A stretch of DNA of 64,000 nucleotides from Phoronis australis (GCA_002633005.1 NMRA01000706.1:128635-192634); one strand, 5' to 3'; shown: positions 50,501-63,305, counted from the stretch's first letter. The notes: generated by a model from the letters alone, not told the origin. Numbers and translations are program-made.

Positions 50501-51498
50501 GCATGACAGTTACTTCTGCAATAAACGAGAGAAGGATTGGCACCAGGAGATGCCACAGAGAGTGCAAAGACAGTTTGTGTGCCCTCATACTGTAGCTTTG
50601 CTGTACGACGTTCCACTGAGGACCAGTTCCATAGGCCTTGACCAAGTACTGCACTCTCTATGCACAACTCAACTATTCCGGAATCACTCATGTGATCTTC
50701 TATGGCCTTGATAAAGTTCACTGATACATGAAGAACCACTAAACGAGGTACTGTATTAACATATTTTGGTATTCTGGGACCGACCACGTAAGCTCCATAA
50801 ATCTGCAGCAGAGTGCTTGGTGGACTGTGAGGACTGTATGTTCCTGTACAAAATGGGACGACATGGCCATGCATCTCTTTACAACAGTATTTAAAAGTCA
50901 TGTTGTTATGTTTACAATACTTTTATGTCTTATCTAAATAATGAGATGTTCGCAAAAAAGCATTGATAATTATGACTTCTAATTTATTTTTCAGGCTTTA
51001 TGAATGAGCATAAATTGTGACTTAATGAAGATGAATTAAAAAGCTTCACATGTTTCATAATGATTTTTCTAGACCTTCAAAACATAGGTATAGACACTTT
51101 ATTTGTCATGTTTTCCTGCAAATTGATAAAGTTACACCGAAATTTGAATTTTTCGGTAATGGCGGAAGCTAATTAGCACAATTGGGGAATTTAACGGTAT
51201 CCATTAATATGCTCTTAAATTTAAGTGATCTAAACACACTTATACTATGTTTTTGTAGCAAAAATTTCCTAATTATTCGTCGCATATTGTACTCCTGGTC
51301 CCACGAAAGTTTCTTATTTTGTTGGTTTGGCGGCCATTTTGCTTATGCAAATTAGATGGTCAAAAACTCAAAATCCAGCTTGGGAACAGCTGGCATAATC
51401 AAAATCAGCAAACCCTAATTATGCTAAAAAGATAGGTTTTCCACTTTTACTAAAAAATGCCTCTAACTTGCACATTTTCCAGAAATGCGTCTAGACTA
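47520..51498 (-). mobile_element. Academ (AcademX-type) DNA transposon, decayed, both ends present (3979 bp)
   Basis: Termini TAGTCTAGACGCATTTC ... GAAATGCGTCTAGACTA, with imperfect inverted similarity continuing for several hundred bp (TTGACCATCTAATTTGCATAA.CAAAATGG). The interior carries AcademX protein motifs. No TSD recognisable. Confidence 0.85.
48262..50800 (-). pseudogene. AcademX transposase / XPG-like nuclease / Cys8 protein, frameshifted
   Basis: In order: VPRLVVLHVSVNFIKAIEDHMSDSG (decayed LGGLH..G..M..SG), FAIHAMTGFGTNSYF..H.K..WK.F (XPG/FEN1-type HALTGCDTTS), LPPT...HLMRVHYLVKVW, and CACQKQRNSRQCECKKSGFQCIPLCTC (C-terminal Cys8). Confidence 0.85.
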
Positions 51499-52379
51499 CT
51501 TGGGAAATGTTTAGATTACACGGGTGTGGAAAAAGTACAACCCTAACAACCCAGTCTGGCTGCCGTTCTTTGACACTGTGTCAACTGTTACGATTTGTTT
51601 ACTAGACACCCCCTGACTAAACCAAAGGAGGCGATCTAATAAACAAGCCAGATGCAATTTTGGCTAGACGACAGTTGTAAAATACAAGCACGTAAGAAAA
51701 ATTAGTCGGAACAAAAACATTTAACGATGTCTGCTTCGCACAATCCCTTGCAAACGCACATTTTTGTTAGGCGACCCGACGCAGTCCAATAATGCATCCT
51801 GTCCAATAATGCATCCAGAGCTGGTTTGCGTGGTCTGCGCATGCGCTAGTTTTTCGGCTTCCGGTTTTTGCGCAATAGTGCATCCAAGTAGTCCGCTGGT
51901 TATTCGACTTATCATAAAAGCCTCATTTGTGCCGCTTATGTTGTTTATTTTGGAAAAAAGAGATAAAGAGAAATGTCACTGATGTGTGTGACTATCCTTC
52001 AAAGAGTGTTGAGCTTGAATTATTTCTAAATGTACAAATGTAGGAGATTTTGTTGGCTTTATTGCACTGGCAGGGAAGCAGTATGTGAGCTCGTCCTCAG
52101 GTTCTGATCGTCTCCAAAAGGCTCTAATACACTATATACTGCAAGGTATGACATTCAGGACTACGAATTCCACTGGTACTTCACTTCAGCCGTGAGCTGA
52201 GACCCTGACCACCGTCTCTAGCTGACAAGAGACGGTGTACCTCCTGAGAGTTATAGGACAGAATTTTCGCAAACTATGCCTCACACTGACTAAAGGCAAA
52301 GCATCAAAGTGACGTTGTTGTAAATACCTTTCCAGGTTTTTGGGCATAGTGGGACACCTTAGCCACTTTCGGGTGCTTT

Positions 52380-53170
52380 ATCAGATGGGTGGACGCAATA
52401 TTGTGCAATAACACACCTGTCTTCCACAGCCACTTCTGACTGCTTTATGCGATAGATGGATGCACTATTGTGCAACAACACCCCTGTCCAATAATGCATC
52501 CACAACCACTTCTGACTGCTTTATCAGATGGACGGATGCACCATTCTGCAATAACACCTCAGTCCAATAATGCATCCACGGCCACTTCTGACTGCTTTAT
52601 GCGATAGATGGATGCACTATTGTGCAATAACACCTCTGTCCAATATTGCATCCACGGACACTTCTGACTGCTTTTTTCGATAGATGGATGCACTATTGTG
52701 CAACAACACCTCTGTCCAATATTGCATCCACAGCCACTTCCGGCTGCTTTATGCGATAGATGGATGCACTATTGTGCAATAACAACTCCGTCCAATAATG
52801 CATCCACAGCCATTTCTGATTGCTTTACCCAATAGATGGATGCACTATTGTGCAATAACACCTCTGTCCAATTGTGCATCCACGGCCACTTCTGACTGCT
52901 TTATTCGATAGGTGGATGCACTATTGTGCAATAACACCTCTGTCCAATAATGCATCCACGGCCACTTCTGACTGCTTTATCAGATGGATGGATGCACTAT
53001 TGTGCAATAACACCTCTGTCCAATAATGCATCCACGGCCACTTCTGGCTGCTTTATTCGATAGGTGGATGCGCAATTGTGCAACAACACCTCTGTCCAAT
53101 AATGCATCCACAGCCACTTCTGGCTGCTTTATCCGATGGACGGATGCACAATTGTGCAATAACACCTCTG
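52380..53170. repeat. 76-bp tandem array (~10 units), each unit with an internal inverted repeat
   Basis: Unit GATGGATGCACTATTGTGCAATAACACCTCTGTCCAATAATGCATCCACGGCCACTTCTGACTGCTTTATGCGATA. Period 76 (52607 to 52683). Confidence 0.95.
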
Positions 53171-53871
53171 TTGAACGTCCAACTAACACAGTTTTGATTT
53201 CTTGATAGTTTTTTGCCTCCAATCACCTAGTTTACTACTTATAATAAATGATAATAGGTAATGAACACAACAGTTCAGTTCTAACTTTTGATAGTAATAT
53301 TGAAGTTCAGGGTGAACAAATTTTTATCTGAAAAAAGGGGTGAGAGTTGGTATGTCTAGCTGTAGTTGAACTTCAATTTAAACAAGTTTCAGATGGCAGA
53401 GACCTCAGGTGCAATGCATAAACGACATCGTAGGTGGAGACACTGGGTGCTGTGGTGCTGGCGGGGTTGGTAAANGGAGACACTGGGTGTTGTGGTGCTG
53501 GCGGGGTTGGTAAATGCCAAGTCTACAACTACGTGCATGGTAAACATAGGTCATTCAAGATGGACAAACATGAATTAGGAACTAACTGAACAATTATGAA
53601 CAATGTTGTCAAACTCAATAATGCATCCACAACAGTAGCAATATTGCACAAATTTCTTTTGAAATGGTTCTGAAACTTATCTAAAGTTATAGTTCAGCTT
53701 CAATTTAAAAAATTCTGTACATATGCAAAAAAATAACGTCATTTGTCGTATATGTTAATGAATTTACACATTGATTAATACTGTTTTGTTGTCTTTCCTT
53801 GCAGTCCTGGCATCACTGAAAACTAAGCTGAATTGCAGACTTCGTGAGCGACAACAAAAACAATGTGCATC

Positions 53872-54780
53872 GTCAGTCAACTTAAAAGACAGTTGTTTTT
53901 GTCATCTAGATTTTCAGTAGACACTATGAAAATGTTGTGTGCCAAATTTCATAGTTGTGGTCTTAATATTGTAGATTTTGGAAGCGATTTTGCTTTGACT
54001 TTGCATAAGAATTGGTGAGAATTTCATGTTTGGTCTGACTTATGCTAGTTTTTTGGCTCTCATAGTCAGCCAAGTTTAAAGACAATTGTTTTTGTCTTCT
54101 AGATTTTCATTAGACACTATGAATATGTTGTGTGCCAAATTTCATAGTTGTGCTCTTAATATTGTAGATTTTGGAAGCGATTTTGCTTTGACATTGCGTA
54201 AGAATTGGTGAGAATTTCATGTTTGGTCTGACTTATGCTAGTTTTTTGCCTCTCATAGTTGTTCAGGTTTGAAGACATTTGTTTTTGTCATCTAGATTTT
54301 CAGTAGACACTATGAAAATGTGGTGTGCCAAATTTCATAGTTGTGCTCTTAATATTGTAGATTTTGGAAGCGATTTTGCTTTGACTTTGCGTAAGAATTG
54401 GTGAGAATTTCATGTTTGGCCTGAGTTATGCTAGCTTTTTGGCTCTCATAGTCAGCCAAGTTTAAAGACAATAATTTTTGTCTTCTAGATTTTCATTAGA
54501 CACTATGAATATGTTGTGTGCCAAATTTCATAGTTGTGCTCTTAATATTGTAGATTTTGAAAGCGATTTTGCTTTGACTTTGCGTAAGAATTGGTGAGAA
54601 TTTCATGTTTGGCCTGACTTATGCTAGTTTTTTGGCTCTCATAGTCAGCCAAGTTTAAAGACAATTACTTTTGTTTTCTAGATTTTCATTAGACACTATG
54701 AATATGTTGTGTCCAAAATTTCATGGTTATGCTCTTGATATTGTAGATTTTGGAAGCGATTTTGCTCTCATAATCAGTCA
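53872..54780 (+). repeat. 193-bp satellite-like tandem array (~4.7 units), left arm of the foldback structure
   Basis: TCTAGATTTTCA recurs at 53905, 54098, 54291, 54484 and 54677 (period 193). Confidence 0.95.
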
Positions 54781-57700
54781 AGACATGGCTTATCTAGACT
54801 GTGTAAACTTGAATACGAATATTACATGCTCTGACAGTCACCAGACTTTTTAATTGGGCTACTCCCTTAACTTCAATTACCCAATCGCAGAACAGACAGG
54901 GAATGTGCCACCTGGCAAACAAGATCCGTGTGAAATTGGGGGCACAGCTTAATTTGGGTCCTAAAGCCTATTGATCTTCCTTTGACACAGCGTTGTTATT
55001 TCGTGCTGTTATTTCGTGCTGATCCACCGACAAAAGGAATTTCCAAGTCATTAAAGGCGTTGTCCCCAAAGCAGCTCTTCATTGAAGTTGGCAGCATTTT
55101 TTGATAAATGATAATCAATTAAAGGCCCTGGAAACTTTGTCGGCATCCCTTGTAAGATATTGCACAGCGTTGCTCGTACTTTAGAGTGCCATCGGAGTCT
55201 TGAGAAAGTCAAAATTGAAAATACGATAATTACGCTCAAAAACTACGCCAGATAAAATCTGTAGAATGCAAGTATCACCGTAAAATAATTTGGGCAGTTT
55301 GATTAACATTTCTTTTCATATCAACTGAATTCCAATTTTCCTTTGCGTGGTTCCGCTCATCACCCTTTCCAACATTTTTCGTAATGCATTGGACCAATAA
55401 CTCTTTCTAATAACTTGATCCTCCCATGCAGCACAATGTACTTCTAAGACCAGCGCATAGCGAAAAATACTGAGATTGATAACAACAGAACAGTTTATAA
55501 CTGATTTTAACTTTGTTGAGCGCAGTCTCTTGATACAACATAGGTTGTACAAATAAATTATGAATTGGTCATCCAAAATCGTCTTTGTCTGACTTTATTG
55601 ACAACACATACCATTTTGATGACGATTTGCAAGTAACGAAGACATCAAAACAAAATTGTCAAATTAGATACTTATACCCTACCTATCTTGACTCTGCGCT
55701 TAATGCAGGCATCAAACTACCTGTATGTAAAATTCCTTCTTAGCACTTCACTTATTCTTTTGAAAGGAGCATAATAAAGTTTATCTTATCTTTATNAGCT
55801 GGAGACCAGGCGAGCTTTTCTCATGCAATAATGCATCCTGTCCAAAAATGCATCCAGAGCTGGTTTGCGTGGTCTGCGCATGCGCTAGTTTATCGGCTTC
55901 CGGTTTTTGCGCAATAGTGCATCCAAGCAGTCCGCTGGTTATTCGACTTACTATAAAAGCATCATTTGTGCCTCTTAATTACGCCAGGTGAATCTGTAGA
56001 AAGAATGCAAGTATCACCGTAAAATAATTTTGGCACTTTGATTAACATTTCTTTTCATATCAACTGAATTCCAATTTTCCTTTGCGTTGTTCCGCTCAAC
56101 ACCCTTTCCAACACTTTTTGTAATGCATTGGACCAATAACTCTTTCTAATAACTTGATCATCTCATGCAGCACAATGTACCTCTATGACCAGCGTATAAC
56201 GAAAAATACTGAGATTGATAACAACAGAACTGTTTATAACTGATTTTAACTTCGTTGAGCGCAGTCTCTTGATACAACATAGGTTGTACTAATAAATTAT
56301 GAATTGGTCATCCGAAATCGTCTTTGTCTGATTTTATTGACAACACATACCATTTTGATGACGATTTGCAAGTAACGAAGACATCGGAACAAAATTGTCA
56401 AATTAGATACTTATACCCTACCTATCTTGACTCTGCGCTTAATGCAGGCATCAAACTACCTGTACGTAAAATTCCTTCTTAGCACTTCACTTATTCTTTT
56501 GAAAGGAGGATAATAAAGTTTATCTTATCTTTATAGCACTTTTCATACAAAGTTTTCGATTTTGCTAATTGGGAGGGGCTATCATCATGAAACTAGTAAG
56601 AGTAAAAAATTGGATGGCGGTGACAGAAGATTTTCAGTCTGCATAACCTCTTTAGCTGGCTAAAAACTAATATAAAATTGTTTGGTTTAATCCCATGCAT
56701 TCCTATTTCACAGAGGTTTGAGTAACGTATAAACATTTTTGAATAAGGTATTTTAGGATTCACTCTGAAACAAGATCGCCACTCAAGATTTCGAGGTTCC
56801 TGTTGGCAGCGTTACCACAAAGAAATGTCATCATTCAATTTTCGTATCTTAGCCAGCGATATAGCGGGAACGTCCAGTTGTAAAATGATGTAAGTCACTG
56901 CTTTTTTTCATTTAGTCAACAGCCCTGACTAGGCCTGAGGATTTTTTCAAGTTCATATATAACGTCGGCTCAGTTGCGCGATTAGCAGTTGCGATGTACA
57001 TTGTGTGTGGTACATTGAAGTTCTTATGGAGAAATGTAAGAAGGGCGTAACCAAGCATTTGCAGCAAGTGTAATCAAGTGTCTACCATTCTTGTGTCCTC
57101 TGTCATGTACAGGTAAAACCTGGTAGGACACGACAAGAAAGCAGATTAATTGAATACTCAGCTGCGAGAGACATTCGAACATTCTCCCAATGTAATGTTT
57201 TGGTTTCATCGGCGATTTCGGAACAACCGCAAGCTCATCGTGAACAAGTGCATCTGAATGATCAAGGTCTTCGATTGTATCGGTCATTAAAGTGCGCCAT
57301 CGTGCATGCTATAAATATGGCGTGAACGAAACCCTATGGCCCTTTTCAGGGCCACTACATATTCCCAAAGGAACTGTTCACTGATTTGAGCATTTTGTCT
57401 TCACTTTAACTGATCTCATTAATTGCATTACGATGCCAAGACGCCCGTGGAATGTGGCAAAAACCAAATGTCTTAAAGTTTATTGAAATTTGTGAAGCAA
57501 TACATATGTATATTCCTTGGATGCGTTTGTGTTAAAAAAAATCGTCAGTTTTGTTACTGATGCGGACGTGCACTTTTTCTTGTTCCTGTATGAACATCGA
57601 TAAGAAAACACTGAAAAATTCGCCTGTTATATGCTAAAATAGTGCGGCGATGCGGGTTTCACTAGTTTGCATTAACAGAGAAGCGCAAGGCTCAAAATAT

Positions 57701-59151
57701 GCGGGCGTGGACCACAACCATTTTTTCAAAATTTTTGCCGTAACTTTAAGTCATACAAAGAGCCCAGACCAGAACCAATATAATTTGCGACGTTAGGCTT
57801 TACTGTAAGTTCTTGAAAAGACCTAGATGCGACGAATTGCCTTGACACGAAATTGCAATCACGCTGATACGAAACTGAACAATGCCAAACAGAAATAATC
57901 CGACTTGGAGATTTTTGGAATCAAAGTTCCATTTCTTGCAATGAATGACTTGAGCAGCAGTTATGCATTAGCTACATTACTTCTCAAAGTGAATACCCTT
58001 ACTATGTTATCATTTTAAGGTCCCTGTACAAGACTGAAGAAGCGTTTTCATGAACACAGCAACACGATTGCTTACATTTCATAAGTTACCAATATCAAGA
58101 AATTTTCGGATTTCCACATTGGAAACTAAAAAGTTGTTTCGTTGACTACTAAGATTAAGTCCCAAACCCGAAAGTCGTACTTTCGTTTTAGTGGACAGTA
58201 AAATAGATGCAAAAATTTCCCGTCAGAATACACTAACCGTAAGCTGAGTGTGCTATGCCTCGAGTGGAGTTGCGAATCTGTTGTCTATAGTGTATGGACA
58301 CATGTATCACAAAAATTAAAAAAATTAAACTTCCTCATAAGAAGATGTATTTTGTGCCGTNCTAAATATACAATTTTTGGAACCAGATGTTATTATTCAG
58401 ACGCCCTGGTTTGCAGAAAATGAACACCTATTTCCCAGAAGGTACAACTGCCTGGGGCAAGTATCCCGCAAAAATCCAACTCAAGTAATGTTAAGTTATT
58501 TTACAGTGATACTTGCGTTCTACAGATTTTACCTGGCGCAATTATCGTACTTCCAATTTCGTCTTTCTCAAGATACCGATGGCACGGTAAAGTACAAGCA
58601 ACGCTGTGCAATGTCTTACAAGGGATGCGGACAAAGTTTTCAGCGCCTTTAATTGACTATCATTCATCAAAAATGCTGCCAACTTCAGTGAAGATCTGCT
58701 GTGGGTGCAACGCCTTTGACGACTTGTCAGTGCAGCGGCACGAAATAACAACCCTGTGTCAAAGGAAGATCAATAGGTTTTAGCGTTTTAGCACTCAAAA
58801 TAAACTGGGCCCCCAATTTCACACCCGATCTTATTTGCAACGTGGTATTGCTTTCCCTGTCTGCTTTGCAATTGGCTAATTGAAGTTAACTGAGTGCTTC
58901 AATTAAAAAGTCTGGTGACTGTCAGAGCATGTAATATTCGTATTTAAGTTTACACGTCTGGATGAGCCATATCTTAACTGACTATGAGAGCATACACAAT
59001 ATCAAGAGCACAATCGTGAAATTAAGCACACAACATATTTATAGTGTCTAATGAAAATTTAGAAGACAACAACAATTGTCTTTAAACTTGGCTGACTATG
59101 AGAGCCAAAAAGCTAGCATAACTCAGGCCACACATGAAATTCTTGCTCATT

Positions 59152-59664
59152 NNNNNNNNNNNNNNNNNNNNNNNNNNNNNNNNNNNNNNNNNNNNNNNNN
59201 NNNNNNNNNNNNNNNNNNNNNNNNNNNNNNNNNNNNNNNNNNNNNNNNNNNNNNNNNNNNNNNNNNNNNNNNNNNNNNNNNNNNNNNNNNNNNNNNNNNN
59301 NNNNNNNNNNNNNNNNNNNNNNNNNNNNNNNNNNNNNNNNNNNNNNNNNNNNNNNNNNNNNNNNNNNNNNNNNNNNNNNNNNNNNNNNNNNNNNNNNNNN
59401 NNNNNNNNNNNNNNNNNNNNNNNNNNNNNNNNNNNNNNNNNNNNNNNNNNNNNNNNNNNNNNNNNNNNNNNNNNNNNNNNNNNNNNNNNNNNNNNNNNNN
59501 NNNNNNNNNNNNNNNNNNNNNNNNNNNNNNNNNNNNNNNNNNNNNNNNNNNNNNNNNNNNNNNNNNNNNNNNNNNNNNNNNNNNNNNNNNNNNNNNNNNN
59601 NNNNNNNNNNNNNNNNNNNNNNNNNNNNNNNNNNNNNNNNNNNNNNNNNNNNNNNNNNNNNNNN
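59152..59664. other. Assembly gap
   Basis: Run of N. Confidence 1.
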
Positions 59665-60389
59665 AAAGTTGTTTCGTTGACTACTAAGATAAAGTCGCAA
59701 ACCCGAAAGTCGTACTAACATGAAGTTGTAATAAACACTGTTCAATTCCTACTAAATATACAATTTTTGGAACCAGATGTTATTATTCAGACGCCCTGGT
59801 TTGCAGAAAATGAACACCTATTTCCCAAAAGCTACAACTGCCTGGGGCAAGTATCCCGCAAAAATCCAACTCAAGTAATGTTAAGTTATTTTACAGTGAT
59901 ACTTGCGTTCTACAGATTTTACCTGGCGCAATTATCGTACTTTCAATTTCGTCTTTCTCAAGATACCGATGGCACGGTAAAGTACAAGCAACGCTGTGCA
60001 ATGTCTTACAAGGGATGCGGACAAAGTTTTCAGCGCCTTTAATTGACTATCATTCATCAAAAATGCTGCCAACTTCAGTGAAGATCTGTTGTGGGTGCAA
60101 CGCCTTTGACGACTTGGAAATTCCTTTTGTCAGTGCAGCGGCACGAAATAACAACCCTGTGTCAAAGGAAGATCAATAGGTTTTAGCGTTTTAGCACCCA
60201 AAATAAACTGCGCCCCTAATTTCACACCCGATCTTATTTGCAACGTGGTATTGCTTTCCCTGTCTGCTTTGCAATTGGCTAATTGAAGTTAACTGAGTAC
60301 TTCAATTAAAAAGTCTGGTGACTGTCAGAGCATGTAATATTCCTATTTAAGTTTACACGTCTGGATGAGCCATATCTTAACTGACTATG

Positions 60390-61757
60390 AGAGCATACAC
60401 AATATCAAGAGCACAATCGTGAAATTAAGCACACAACATATTTATAGTGTCTAATGAAAATTTAGAAGACAACGACAATTGTCTTTAAACTTGGCTGACT
60501 ATGAGAGCCAAAAAGCTAGCATAACTCAGGCCACACATGAAATTCTTGCTCCTTTTTATGCAAAGTCAAAGCAAAATCGCTTCCAAAATCCACAATATCA
60601 AGAGCACAATCATGAAATTTGGCACACAACATATTTATAGTGTCTAATGAAAATCTAGAAGACAACAACAAGTGTCTTTAAACATAGCTGACTATGAGAG
60701 CCAAAAAGCTAGCATGACTCAGGCCAAATATGAAGTTCTCGCCAGTTATCAAATCAAAATCGCTTCCAAGATCTACAATATCAAGAGCACAACTATGAAA
60801 TTTGGCACACAACATATTTATAGTGTCTAATGAAAGCCTAGAAGACAACAACAATTGTCTTTAAACTTGGCTGACTATGAGAGCCAAAAAGCTAGCATAA
60901 CTCAGGCCAAACATGAAATTCTCGACCATTCTCAAAGCAAAATCGCTTCCATAATCTACAATATCAAGAGCACAATCGTGAAATTAAGCACACAACATAT
61001 TTATAGTGTCTAATGAAAATCTAGAAGACAACAACAATTGTCCTTAAACTTGGCTGACTATGAGAGCCAAAAAGCTAGCATAACTCAGGCCAAACATGAA
61101 ATTCTCGCTCATTCTTATGCAAAGTCAAAGCAAAATCGCTTCCAAAATCTACAAAATCAAGAGCACAACTATGAAATTTGGCACACAACATATTCATAGT
61201 GTATAATGAAAGCCTAGAAGACAACAACAATTGTCTTTAAACTTGGCTGACTATGTGAGCCAAAAAGCTAGCATAACTCAGGCCACACATGAAATTCTTG
61301 CTCATTCTTATGCAAAGTCAAAGCAAAATCGCTTCCAAAATCCACAATATCAAGAGCACAATCATGAAATTTTGCACACAACATATTAATAGTGTCTATG
61401 AAAATCTAGAAGACAACAACAATTGTCCTTAAACTTGACTGACTATGAGAGCCAAAAAGCTAGCATGACTCAGGCCAAACATGAAATTCTCGCTCATTCT
61501 TATGCAAAGTCAAAGCAAAATCGCTTCCAAAATCTACAATATGAAGAGCACAACTATGAAATTTGGCACACAACATATTTATAGTGTCTAATGAAAGCCT
61601 AGAAGACAAAAACAATTGTCTTTAAACTTGGCTGACTATGAGGGCCAAAAAGCTAGCATAAGTCAGGCCAAACATGAAATTCTCGCTCATTCTTATGCAA
61701 AGTCAAAGCAAAATCGCTTCCAAAATCCACAATATCAAGAGCACAATCACGAAATTT
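60390..61757 (-). repeat. 193-bp satellite-like array (~7 units), inverted relative to 53872-54780
   Basis: CACAACATATTTATAGTGTCTAATGAAA..CTAGAAGACAAC recurs every ~180-193 bp. The array is cut off at the N at 61759. Confidence 0.93.
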
Positions 61758-61759
61758 GN

Positions 61760-62440
61760 GGCGCTGCATCTTACATGGATATGAAAACTGTCAGGCTATT
61801 CAAAATATGGCTGCACGCATTATTCTGGGAGTTGGAGTGAGATATATTAATATTGAAAACCTCAATATGGAGATGGGAATAATGATAATACACGATGACA
61901 TAGGGCCATCCAATTTCAATTTGCTCAAAAACCAGAAATGAAACTGGTAAAAAATCATTTACTACAGCGGTGCTTATTTCTGGCGGAGTACTTTCCCGGC
62001 CCTCCGATTCCAAATCAGCATCATCCTTAGTAAGTTTTAAAACCATAATTATTAGAAGTCAATTTAATCAGAAGTGCTCTGTGTACCAAATGTGCCATAA
62101 ATATCCTCAGACCAACCTATTTTTTATCTATATACATGATGATATACATGATTTCGTGTACTTTTATTAACTAGTTTTAATCATTTATGAAGACATTATT
62201 TATTCATGTTGTCTCATAATTTTAGTATCGTCTATTTGTAGTTTGTTTATTATTCATTTTGTTTCATCAGTCTTTCCATGTCAGTTTCATATTCATCATT
62301 GATCGTTTAAGTGTTGTCTTTCATTTTTCTAAGTCTGTATGCCCATGGAAAGCAACTAATCATGACGGGCCAGGCAGACTACCCCATTGTACGTATATAG
62401 GCCTATTTATATCGGTACAAATAAATAAAAAAATAAAAGA
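61760..62440 (+). mobile_element. 3' fragment of an L2/Crack/CR1-group LINE
   Basis: QAIQNMAARIILG (LQ.IQN.AAR motif), then GKKSF..SGA..W and KSASSLVSFK C-terminal motifs with frameshifts, a T-rich 3' UTR and an AAATAAATAAAAAAATAAAA tail. Confidence 0.75.
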
Positions 62441-62603
62441 ATGAAAGTGTAATCAAATATTAGGTGTAATGTACATAATAAAATATTGTGTGTTGTTGAC
62501 ATTTTCAGAAAAATACATCAGATAACACACCTGAGTTAGGTCGGTCAGTTGTTAAGCATCAACGATCGCCCGGAGAATGGGCCAGCCAGGCTGTGTTTTC
62601 ATG

Positions 62604-62852
62604 ACTACGGACTTAGGGGGCGCATGCCCCCCCTAAAATTAGATACCACTTGATTTTTGATTTCTGGTGCGTATTGCTGTCTAGCACACGTGCGCAACCA
62701 GGGCGGGTCTTGTGGGGTGAATCATACGCATAGGCGGTGAATGAACCCCGTTTACCGTTTTTTTTAGTCAACAGGTCAGCAAACCCAAGAATTCAAGACC
62801 CCTGCATCCCCAGAGTTTAGGCTGGGCGTGCGCATCTGCCGAAATGCTGCTT
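62604..62852 (+). mobile_element. MITE-family copy (cf. 43640-43900), truncated by the gap
   Basis: Reverse-complement match to 43640-43900. Confidence 0.6.
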
Positions 62853-63305
62853 NNNNNNNNNNNNNNNNNNNNNNNNNNNNNNNNNNNNNNNNNNNNNNNN
62901 NNNNNNNNNNNNNNNNNNNNNNNNNNNNNNNNNNNNNNNNNNNNNNNNNNNNNNNNNNNNNNNNNNNNNNNNNNNNNNNNNNNNNNNNNNNNNNNNNNNN
63001 NNNNNNNNNNNNNNNNNNNNNNNNNNNNNNNNNNNNNNNNNNNNNNNNNNNNNNNNNNNNNNNNNNNNNNNNNNNNNNNNNNNNNNNNNNNNNNNNNNNN
63101 NNNNNNNNNNNNNNNNNNNNNNNNNNNNNNNNNNNNNNNNNNNNNNNNNNNNNNNNNNNNNNNNNNNNNNNNNNNNNNNNNNNNNNNNNNNNNNNNNNNN
63201 NNNNNNNNNNNNNNNNNNNNNNNNNNNNNNNNNNNNNNNNNNNNNNNNNNNNNNNNNNNNNNNNNNNNNNNNNNNNNNNNNNNNNNNNNNNNNNNNNNNN
63301 NNNNN
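62853..63305. other. Assembly gap
   Basis: Run of N. Confidence 1.

Larger units (their letters stand above)
53872..61757. mobile_element. Large foldback-type element: inverted arms, each an outer 193-bp array plus a ~500-bp inner unique domain, around a ~3.2-kb middle
   Basis: 54780-55290 is reverse-complementary to 58493-58990 (and to its duplicate at 59883-60390). The arrays at 53872-54780 and 60390-61757 are in opposite orientation. Confidence 0.65.

Noticed and set aside
52380-53170. CRISPR-like array
   Set aside because: Units are repeated over their whole length with no unique spacers, there are no cas genes, and the context is eukaryotic.
57024-57287. 87-aa ORF in the middle of the foldback element as a candidate transposase
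   Set aside because: No recognisable domain or catalytic motif, and the length is within chance expectation.
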